Shown here piece by piece: positions 5,340 to 12,893 of a stretch of 14,252 bases of DNA. The translations under genes were made by a program, and so were the position numbers. The notes under the pieces are model-generated. The model did no database searches. It saw nothing but the letters and a program-made list of their open reading frames with translations, and had not been told where the DNA came from. Positions within the stretch are counted from its first letter, which is position 1. Each line of letters opens with the position of its first letter. The DNA comes from Promethearchaeota archaeon. GTDB taxonomy: Archaea > Asgardarchaeota > Lokiarchaeia > Sigyniarchaeales > SOKP01. The stretch is from the NCBI GenBank assembly GCA_016839745.1, contig JAEOTS010000103.1, positions 1 through 14,252 on the forward strand, written 5' to 3'.

Positions 5340-7619
5340 ATGAGCGTAGAAAGGGTAAAAAAAACTGCAAAACTAAGAGTAGAAAGATTAGAATCAAGCC
5401 GTAGTGGAAGAAGCTTATGCTATATAGATCAGACTATATTGGAGAATTTGGGATTAGCTACTGGTGATATAGTAGAAATTATTGGTAGGAAGAGGACCGC
5501 GGGTATTGTTGTAGCGAGCCCTGGTGACAGGGGAACGGGAATTATTAGAATAGACGGAATTCAGAGATTAAATTTAGGATCTACTATTGGAGAATTTATA
5601 ACAATACAACCCACCCGCGCTACACCAGCTAGAGAAATAGAACTTGCCCCCACTAAGGAAATTTACGATATTAAAAAACAAGCTGACATAATAAAAGGGA
5701 AATTGATTGACAAGCCTATTATGGCTGGAGATATTATTGATATTCCTGGAGCTTTCATTAAAACTAATCAAGACAGTAATCCTATGAACGGATTTATGAG
5801 AATGTTGGGAGGGGGAGGGGGATCAAGAAGACCAACCCTAGGCCCATTAAGATTAATTGTGTTAAATACGAAACCTAATGATGAAGTAGTTAGATTTACA
5901 AGGGATACAAGGATAAAAATAAATAAAAAAATTGCTTTACTAAATGTATCCGGTGAAATCATTACTTATGATGATGTTGGAGGATTAACTGACGAAATTC
6001 AAAGAATTAGAGAAGTTATCGAATTACCTATCAGGCATCCCGAATTATTTCGGAGATTGAATATTGAACCCCCAAAGGGGGTACTTTTTCATGGTCCTCC
6101 TGGAACAGGGAAAACCTTAATGGCTAAAGCTGTTTCTCAAGAAGCAAACGCTCATTTCCTCATAATAAACGGACCTGAAATTATGAGTAAATTTTACGGA
6201 GATAGCGAGAGGAATTTAAAAAATATTTTTAATCAAGCTGAAAGACACGAACCTACGATAATATTTATCGATGAACTCGATTCGATCGCTCCTAAAAGAA
6301 GTGAAGTTACAGGAGAAGTTGAAAGACGCGTTGTGTCTCAGCTACTTACTTTGCTTGACGGGATGAAGGGTAGAGAAGGTGTAATAGTTATTGGTGCTAC
6401 AAATCGAATTGATGCAATTGATCCAGCCTTACGAAGACCAGGACGGTTTGATACTGAAATAAAGTTTAGAGTTCCGGATAAAAAAGCTAGAAATGAAATT
6501 TTTAAAATTCACACGCGGGGAATGCCAATGGAAGCTGACGTTGACATCGATTTATATTCTGAAATTAGTCATGGATTTGTTGGGGCGGATATTATGGCAT
6601 TCGTTAGAGAAGCGGCTATGGACGCTATAAGAGACATATTACCCGAAATTAACATCGACGAACCAATACCTATTGAAGTTATTCAGAAATTATTTGTGAA
6701 GGATAAACATTTTGAGAAGGCTCTTAAAGAAATAAAACCATCTGCTTTAAGAGAATATATAAGAGAGATTCCCGAAGTTTCTTGGGACGATATTGGAGGT
6801 TTAGAAGATATAAAACAGGAATTAACTGAATCCGTTGAATGGCCACTACTTCATCCAAAATTATTTAAAAAAGCGGGAATTCGGCCTGTTGGTGGCATAT
6901 TACTATTTGGACCCCCCGGTTGTGGGAAAACGCTTTTAGCGGAAGCTGTAGCCACTGAAACACACTCCAACTTTATTACTGTCAAGGGTCCTGAGTTAAT
7001 GTCGAAATGGGTTGGTGAATCTGAAAAAAACATAAGAGGAATATTTTCTAAAGCTCGAGAGTTAGCGCCGTCAATTATATATTTTGATGAAATTGAAGCC
7101 CTTACAACCAGTAGAGGAGGTTGGAAAGGATCTGCTGTATACGATACCGTAATAACCCAACTCTTAACTGAAATGGATGGAATCGAGAGCAATACCGGTA
7201 TTATTATCTTAGCAAGCACAAATCGTCCAGATTTAGTTGATCCAGCACTATTACGCCCGGGAAGAATCGATAAAATACTTTATGTAGTTGCTCCAGATTA
7301 CGAAGGAAGAATTAAGATTTTAGAAGTACATTCAAAAAATATGCCATTAAAAGAAAACGTTTCTTTAAAAAATATAGCTTTAATGACCGAGGGTTATAGT
7401 GGAGCAGATTTAGAAAACTTATGTAGAGAAGCAGGTTTGCAAGCTATAAGAGAGAAAAAGGAAAAATTTGACTTTGTGGAATTTAAACATTTTGAGTATG
7501 CACTTTCGAAAGTTGGCTCAACATTACAAAAAGAAACTATTGATAAGTACGAAACTTTAGCAAAACAAATTGGTCAGGATCAAAAAATTAAAGAAAGCGA
7601 TTCAAACTTGTATAAGTAG
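5340..7619 (+). CDS. cdc48: CDC48/p97/VAT family AAA+ ATPase (ORF open from TTG 5331)
   Basis: Double-psi-barrel N domain; D1 GPPGTGKT / KFYG / IFIDELD / RRPGRFD; D2 GPPGCGKT / KWVG / YFDEIE / LRPGRID; C-terminal HbYX (LYK). Confidence 0.97.
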   Translation: MSVERVKKTAKLRVERLESSRSGRSLCYIDQTILENLGLATGDIVEIIGRKRTAGIVVASPGDRGTGIIRIDGIQRLNLGSTIGEFITIQPTRATPAREIELAPTKEIYDIKKQADIIKGKLIDKPIMAGDIIDIPGAFIKTNQDSNPMNGFMRMLGGGGGSRRPTLGPLRLIVLNTKPNDEVVRFTRDTRIKINKKIALLNVSGEIITYDDVGGLTDEIQRIREVIELPIRHPELFRRLNIEPPKGVLFHGPPGTGKTLMAKAVSQEANAHFLIINGPEIMSKFYGDSERNLKNIFNQAERHEPTIIFIDELDSIAPKRSEVTGEVERRVVSQLLTLLDGMKGREGVIVIGATNRIDAIDPALRRPGRFDTEIKFRVPDKKARNEIFKIHTRGMPMEADVDIDLYSEISHGFVGADIMAFVREAAMDAIRDILPEINIDEPIPIEVIQKLFVKDKHFEKALKEIKPSALREYIREIPEVSWDDIGGLEDIKQELTESVEWPLLHPKLFKKAGIRPVGGILLFGPPGCGKTLLAEAVATETHSNFITVKGPELMSKWVGESEKNIRGIFSKARELAPSIIYFDEIEALTTSRGGWKGSAVYDTVITQLLTEMDGIESNTGIIILASTNRPDLVDPALLRPGRIDKILYVVAPDYEGRIKILEVHSKNMPLKENVSLKNIALMTEGYSGADLENLCREAGLQAIREKKEKFDFVEFKHFEYALSKVGSTLQKETIDKYETLAKQIGQDQKIKESDSNLYK

Positions 7620-7651
7620 TAGTTAAAGAAGAAATATTAACAGTTTTAACA

Positions 7652-7658
7652 TTTTTTT
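7652..7658 (+). terminator. Oligo-T tract, putative archaeal terminator of cdc48
   Basis: T7 about 30 nt after the stop, followed by further T tracts. Confidence 0.35.
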
Positions 7659-7825
7659 ACTATTATCTATTTTTTAAAAGTCCTTTAATTTTTCAAAAAG
7701 CTATAAGCAATTCTTTTTTTACTTCTAAAATACTATATTTTTTCTAGAGAATTATAATTAAAAGATGATGAAATTAAATAATAAACAAAGAACTAAAAAG
7801 AAAATAATATTTTTGGGAATGAAAT

Positions 7826-9028
7826 ATGAGTGATATTAAGATTAATTGGGAAGGTCATGTGGACAAGTACCAAGCCGCTATGGAAGAACTTGATTTAGAT
7901 TTTTGCGTTCTTACTAGGGTAAAATCAATAACTTATTTAACTGGATGTTTTGTCCCTTGGAAAAGCGCGATTTTTTTGCCAAGAAAAGGTATGGGTGAAC
8001 CCGCTTTATTTACAGTGCTTTTAGATGTAGAACGAGTTAAAGCTGAGGGTCATTTAAAAAATGTAAGCGGGTGGGGTCCGATGAAAGGATTTTTCTGGGA
8101 AAAAAAAATCCAATCTGCAGCAAAAAAAGCGGGATTATACAATCCCAAAGGATCAACTCCTAGAATTGGAGTAGAACTTGGATTGGATATATGTGTTACA
8201 GGGCAGATGTTATCATATTCGGAAGCTCAACTCCTCAAGCAAGTTTTTCCTGGATGTGAATTAATAGATTTTAATGAAAAAACGGAGAGAATTCAATTCA
8301 TTAAAGAGCCTGAAGAAATTGCGATGTTAAGGAAGGCAAGCGAGATTACAGATATTGGCCAATCAGTGGTTAAAGCTAAGTTAAGTGAACGACCAGAGGG
8401 AAAGGTTTTTACCGAGAACGAAATAGCGGGTATAGGAACGCTCGCGATGAGAACAGCGGGTAGTAACTACGAATGGACATTTACAGGAAGTCAAGAAATA
8501 GGTTCTGGTTATCGCGCAAGTTGGACATTTAATGGGTGCACTCCTGCTACTAACAAAAAAGTAGAGGAGGGAGAATCCTTGCTTGTAGATTTACATAGTG
8601 AGTATGGATGTTATCTCGGAGATTTAAGTCATAATTATGTGCTTGGAAGGTGCCCATCTGAGTTAAAAAAATTCAACGATGTATATGAGCAATTGTGTTA
8701 CGCTCTCATTGATAACATGTACCCTGGAAATACCTTTGAAGAATGTTATCAAGCAGTTAGAAAAGTAGCTGATAAAGAAGGATATGCTAATGATTTGTTT
8801 TTCGGTCTTGGGCACGGCATTGGACTCATAGGAAACGAATCTTGGCCGGTAGTAGTACCTGGTAAAGAATGGGGGCATATGGAGTTCGAAGAAAACATGG
8901 TTGAAATAGCTGCTGTTGTTTTCAATCGCCCAGGGCTTGGTGGTTTGAGATTAGAATCTCCAACATTGGTTACTAAAAATGGCGCTGAAGTACTCCCTAA
9001 GACACCGTTTGAAGTTGATTATGTTTAA
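7826..9028 (+). CDS. M24 (Xaa-Pro peptidase/creatinase fold) hydrolase with an atypical active site
   Basis: Creatinase-like N domain (SITYLTG), IKEPEEIAMLRKA, LLVD...YLGD, GHGIG, GLRLES. Confidence 0.88.
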   Translation: MSDIKINWEGHVDKYQAAMEELDLDFCVLTRVKSITYLTGCFVPWKSAIFLPRKGMGEPALFTVLLDVERVKAEGHLKNVSGWGPMKGFFWEKKIQSAAKKAGLYNPKGSTPRIGVELGLDICVTGQMLSYSEAQLLKQVFPGCELIDFNEKTERIQFIKEPEEIAMLRKASEITDIGQSVVKAKLSERPEGKVFTENEIAGIGTLAMRTAGSNYEWTFTGSQEIGSGYRASWTFNGCTPATNKKVEEGESLLVDLHSEYGCYLGDLSHNYVLGRCPSELKKFNDVYEQLCYALIDNMYPGNTFEECYQAVRKVADKEGYANDLFFGLGHGIGLIGNESWPVVVPGKEWGHMEFEENMVEIAAVVFNRPGLGGLRLESPTLVTKNGAEVLPKTPFEVDYV

Positions 9029-9033
9029 TCTCC

Positions 9034-9041
9034 TTTTTTTT
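9034..9041 (+). terminator. Oligo-T tract after the M24 gene
   Basis: T8 a few nucleotides after the TAA stop. Confidence 0.4.
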
Positions 9042-9136
9042 ATTTTATAAGAAATTTGGTTTTCATTATAATATGAGTATAGATATTTATAGAATATAGT
9101 AGAAAACAACAAAATAATAATCTAAAAATATTAATC

Positions 9137-10273
9137 ATGAGTACTAATTTAAGGCAGATTCTTAAAGATTTGGTACAAATACCTACGGAAAATCCTCCGG
9201 GTAAAACAGATGAGATCATCGATTACCTAATCTCAGATATTTTTAAGGAGTCTGAAGGATTTCATAATGAGGTCATGAATTACAAAAAAAAAGATATCAC
9301 ACTAAAAAACCTCATTACAAAAATCGGAACTGGTAAGGAAAAAATAATACTCTCAGGACATTTGGATGTTGTTCCTGCAGGTGATAATTCACAATGGAAG
9401 TATCCTCCATTCTCTGCTGAAATTATTGATGGAAAATTATATGGTAGAGGAGCTTGTGATATGAAGGGAGGGTTAACCATGCTTATTGGAACAATGATAA
9501 ATCTAAAAGAATATCCCGAATTATTAGAGAATTACACAATTTTCTTTTTAGGGAGTGCGGATGAGGAATCAGGTATGACTGGAGCGTATAATTGTGCTAG
9601 AAAAGGTTTTATGAAAGATTCTGTGCTACTTATAATCGGAGAACCAACAAATATGAATATAGGTATAGCTGAAAAAGGATTATTATGGGCAGATATCCAT
9701 GTTTATGGAAAAGCTGGGCATGCCTCAACTCCCGAATTAGGAATAAATTCTATTGAAGGTGCATTAAGCATTATTCCACAGCTTCATGACTGTCTCGATA
9801 ATGTTGAAAATAAAGTTCTGGGTTCTTCCACACTAAATATTGGAAAAATATCTGGAGGAGTCGCAAACAATATAGTTCCAGATAAGACTATTTTATCTGT
9901 TGACTATAGATTTATCCCTGAACAAAATTTTACAAGATTAAATGAGAACTTGCGCGCGATTAATGCTTCTCCTTGTAAAAAAGAAGTAAAAATTACACAT
10001 ACACTCCCGGCACTACAGACTGATATGGGAATTCCTTTTATTCAGAATTTAAAAAAGATTTGTGGAAAAGAAATCATAGGTATACCCTACGCTACTGATG
10101 CGGGAGTTCTCGTTCAAAAGAAGAATCCTGTTCCATTTGTGATCTATGGACCCGGTGATCCTGGGGTGATCCATAAACCGGATGAAAATATAAAAATAGA
10201 AGATGTTATTAATTCAACAAGATATCTATCTAAAGCTCTTACACAAACATATTTAGATAATATGAAATCATAA
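9137..10273 (+). CDS. M20 family metallohydrolase (ArgE/DapE-like deacylase)
   Basis: SGHLDVVP, GRGACDMKGG, ADEESG, IGEPT, GKAGHAS, IHKPDE; all expected metal ligands are present. Confidence 0.94.
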   Translation: MSTNLRQILKDLVQIPTENPPGKTDEIIDYLISDIFKESEGFHNEVMNYKKKDITLKNLITKIGTGKEKIILSGHLDVVPAGDNSQWKYPPFSAEIIDGKLYGRGACDMKGGLTMLIGTMINLKEYPELLENYTIFFLGSADEESGMTGAYNCARKGFMKDSVLLIIGEPTNMNIGIAEKGLLWADIHVYGKAGHASTPELGINSIEGALSIIPQLHDCLDNVENKVLGSSTLNIGKISGGVANNIVPDKTILSVDYRFIPEQNFTRLNENLRAINASPCKKEVKITHTLPALQTDMGIPFIQNLKKICGKEIIGIPYATDAGVLVQKKNPVPFVIYGPGDPGVIHKPDENIKIEDVINSTRYLSKALTQTYLDNMKS

Positions 10274-11419
10274 TTTTTTTACAAATTTTTCAATCCTATT
10301 CATAGCTTCTTCAAGTTTTTCTAATTGTGTAGCATATGACATTCTTAACATGTATTCTGAATAAGATCCAAAAATATTTCCAGGAATAATTGCGACAGCT
10401 TGATCCTTCATTATTCTTTTCGAAAATTCGGCACCAGTTATGTTATAATCTTTGATTTTCGGCATTATATAAAATGCTCCTTTAGGTTTCACCACTTCAA
10501 AACCCATTTCGTTTAATCGATTATAAGCCAATAAACGTCTCTCGTCAAAACTCTTTAGAATTTCCTCAAAAAAACTATTGTCCATCTTTAAAGCCTCTAA
10601 GAACCCATATTGAGCTGCGTGGTTTGTGCCTGCCGCGGTATACTGATGATACTTTTCCATTGTATTTATTATTTCCTTATTAGCAGCTACATAGCCTAAT
10701 CTAAATCCAGTGGCAGAGTACAGTTTTGACATAGCGTTTAAAGTAATAGTTCGGTCAAACATGTCTTTTAATGAAGCTGGACTTGTATGCTTGGAATTGT
10801 CATACAGGTAATTTTCGTATACCTCGTCAGAAATTAAATAAAGATCGTGTTTTTTAACGATTTCAACGATTTCTTGTAATTCATTCATATCTAATGAGTA
10901 TCCAGTTGGATTGTTAGGAGAGTTAATTAAAATTGCTTTAGTCTTCTCAGTGATAGAGTCTCTTATTTTCTCAATGTCTGGACTAAAGTCGCTTTTCCTC
11001 TCGATTTCAATCACTCTTAAGTCAAAAAATGCACTTAAATAGAAATAAGAGATAAAATTTGGAGAGGATATTACAATCTCATCACCCGGGTTAAAAATAG
11101 AGGCGAAAGCAAGACTAAGAGCTTGGGAACCACCGTTCGTAAGAATAATATTTTCTTTCCATGCAGTTTCAATGTTATTGACTGTTTTTAATTTGTTTTC
11201 AAGCTGTTGTAATAATTCTGGAATACCTTTCGTAGGAGCATAATATGTGATTTTCTCTTTTAAGGCATTTATGTTTCCTTCTATTGCAGGTTGAGGTGTT
11301 GAGAAATCTGGTTGCCCAATTCCTAAGCTTATGACATCAGATCGTCCCGCAGCTAGGTCAAATAATTCACGTATTTTTGATTTTGGGGCATTTCTTATCT
11401 TTTTTGATAATTCTTTCAT
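10268..11419 (-). CDS. Class I/II PLP-dependent aminotransferase (aspartate/aromatic aminotransferase-like); ORF open from GTG 11428
   Basis: LGIGQPDF, NSPNNPTG, SDEVYE, PLP-lysine motif MSKLYSATGFRLGY, PKGAFY, LRMSYA. Confidence 0.95.
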   Translation of the reverse strand: MKELSKKIRNAPKSKIRELFDLAAGRSDVISLGIGQPDFSTPQPAIEGNINALKEKITYYAPTKGIPELLQQLENKLKTVNNIETAWKENIILTNGGSQALSLAFASIFNPGDEIVISSPNFISYFYLSAFFDLRVIEIERKSDFSPDIEKIRDSITEKTKAILINSPNNPTGYSLDMNELQEIVEIVKKHDLYLISDEVYENYLYDNSKHTSPASLKDMFDRTITLNAMSKLYSATGFRLGYVAANKEIINTMEKYHQYTAAGTNHAAQYGFLEALKMDNSFFEEILKSFDERRLLAYNRLNEMGFEVVKPKGAFYIMPKIKDYNITGAEFSKRIMKDQAVAIIPGNIFGSYSEYMLRMSYATQLEKLEEAMNRIEKFVKKL

Positions 11420-11506
11420 TATTACCACTTAATAAAAATAATTTATAATAATGATTAGTTATTTAAAAGGGATTGAATTGGAGATTTTTTCTTCAATTAA
11501 GCTATT

Positions 11507-12070
11507 TTATATTTCTTCTCCATAATTTCGTAAAATTTGGTATACTAGATTTTTAAAGGCTTCTTCAACATTTTTTCCCAATTTAGCACTCGTCTCAATA
11601 AAAGCACTTGCACCAATTTGTTTAGCTAAATCTTGACCTTCTTCTTTAGTGACTACTCGTTGTTGGACTAGATCGATTTTATTCCCAATTAAGATGTATG
11701 CTCCCTCCTTTTTTACGAAATTTTTGAAATCTTTTAACCATTTAGATTCGATGGCAGAAAAACTTTCGTGACGAGTGACATCGTATACAAGCAAACTCCC
11801 AACACATCCTTGGAAATACATGCTACGAATAACATTATATTTCTCTTGACCTGCGAGATCCCACATTATTAATCTGACCTTAGCATTAACCTTTTCTATG
11901 TTAACATCTTTTCGGATTATGTTCGCACCTAATGTAGGTTTATAATCTTCTTGAAACGAATTTTCAACAAATTGATTAATAAGTGAAGTTTTCCCGACTG
12001 CGCTTTGTCCTAAAATAGTGATCTTAAAAACGTATTCCTTAACTTCAGTGGACATACCTTCTACTGGCAA
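11507..12070 (-). CDS. Rab-like small GTPase (Asgard type); start TTG 12070 or ATG 12055
   Basis: YVFKITILGQSAVGKTS, YKPTLGA, WDLAGQEKY, MYFQG, LLVYDVT, GNKIDL, RVV, ETSAK, NVEEAF. No C-terminal Cys. Confidence 0.96.
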   Translation of the reverse strand: MPVEGMSTEVKEYVFKITILGQSAVGKTSLINQFVENSFQEDYKPTLGANIIRKDVNIEKVNAKVRLIMWDLAGQEKYNVIRSMYFQGCVGSLLVYDVTRHESFSAIESKWLKDFKNFVKKEGAYILIGNKIDLVQQRVVTKEEGQDLAKQIGASAFIETSAKLGKNVEEAFKNLVYQILRNYGEEI

Positions 12071-12137
12071 TTTTACTATAAATACCTTTGATTTTTAGAA
12101 TTGAAATTAATATGACAAAAAGTATTTTGATTTTTGA

Positions 12138-12153
12138 TATATTTAAGCTTTCG
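12138..12153 (-). promoter_or_regulatory. BRE + TATA promoter for Rab-like GTPase 2
   Basis: Minus strand reads CGAAAG-CTTAAATATA, immediately after the stop of the V4R-like gene. Confidence 0.55.
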
Positions 12154-12158
12154 TTATT

Positions 12159-12746
12159 TTAGGATATAAATGTTTTCTCAATTCGCAATTTTAATACAAA
12201 AGAATTGTGATTTGGATTATTGATATTTTCTTTCGTTTCGTAAGGAACTACACAAAAATCAGACGGTAAACTTTTTTCTAACGAATGGATTAAAAAGCTT
12301 TTAAATAATTCGCAGGAAACTCCGATTTCTGAACAAAAAATGCACTTATCAACCCGAATGATGAGCGTTTCAGCTCTATTTTCCACAATCTTAACTTTCC
12401 AATCAGCGGCAATCAATTTATTTATTTCCTCAATAATTTCTTCAAAAACTTTGCCAAAGGGGAATAAATAAAATGAGAATTTTCTTCCAATTTCCGATAA
12501 CAAGTCAGTTGAATCGTATAGTAAACAGTTTTGAGCAGAAATTATCTTTTTAAACGAAAAAAAGTCTATTTCTCCCTCGGGATCTACGTCTCGTATATCT
12601 TTCAGTTCCAACAGTCCCGCCTCTTTTAAAATTGATTTCATGCCATCATAATCTAAGTTATCCATATAGGATTGTAGTAGCGCGGTTAACACTCTGTTCT
12701 TGACCGTTCCTCGATATTCCCCTATTATATCCGTATTGTTTGCCAT
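12159..12746 (-). CDS. V4R / H-NOX-like small-molecule-binding domain protein
   Basis: Helical N part (DGMKSILKEAGL...LLSEIGRKF) followed by strands and CIFC-x6-C plus a helix (VDKCIFCSEIGVSCELFKSFL), resembling stand-alone V4R proteins. The last Cys typical of V4R is not evident. Confidence 0.6.
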   Translation of the reverse strand: MANNTDIIGEYRGTVKNRVLTALLQSYMDNLDYDGMKSILKEAGLLELKDIRDVDPEGEIDFFSFKKIISAQNCLLYDSTDLLSEIGRKFSFYLFPFGKVFEEIIEEINKLIAADWKVKIVENRAETLIIRVDKCIFCSEIGVSCELFKSFLIHSLEKSLPSDFCVVPYETKENINNPNHNSFVLKLRIEKTFIS

Positions 12747-12771
12747 AAAATCTGAATAATAACTACTTCTT

Positions 12772-12779
12772 CTTATATA
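12772..12779 (-). promoter_or_regulatory. TATA-like box about 26 bp upstream of the V4R-like gene ATG (possible leaderless transcript)
   Basis: Minus strand reads TATATAAG at canonical distance from ATG 12746. Confidence 0.35.
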
Positions 12780-12883
12780 TCTTATAAATAAGAGTTTAAA
12801 TTTAAATACTATTTGTTAGTAATCTGTTTCTTACATTCATAAAAATGAAGAAAAAATAAGTAAATAAAACGAGATAAAAATTT

Positions 12884-12890
12884 AAAAAAA
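12884..12890 (-). terminator. Oligo-T tract after tes
   Basis: A7 on the plus strand, 3 nt past the stop codon. Confidence 0.35.
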
Positions 12891-12893
12891 CAA

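Noticed and set aside
5215-5397. 60-aa minus-strand hydrophobic ORF
   Set aside because: Derived from A-rich intergenic DNA and overlaps the cdc48 start antisense.
5807-5821. G-rich run GGGAGGGGGAGGGGG as a G-quadruplex or phase-variable tract
   Set aside because: Only three G runs; explained by Gly5 in a variable N-domain loop typical of archaeal CDC48, and the frame is intact.
5574-7219. Minus-strand ORFs 5574-5771, 5768-5962 and 6851-7219
   Set aside because: Antisense shadows of cdc48.
8663-9480. Minus-strand ORFs 8663-8878 and 9280-9480
   Set aside because: Antisense to the M24 and M20 genes.
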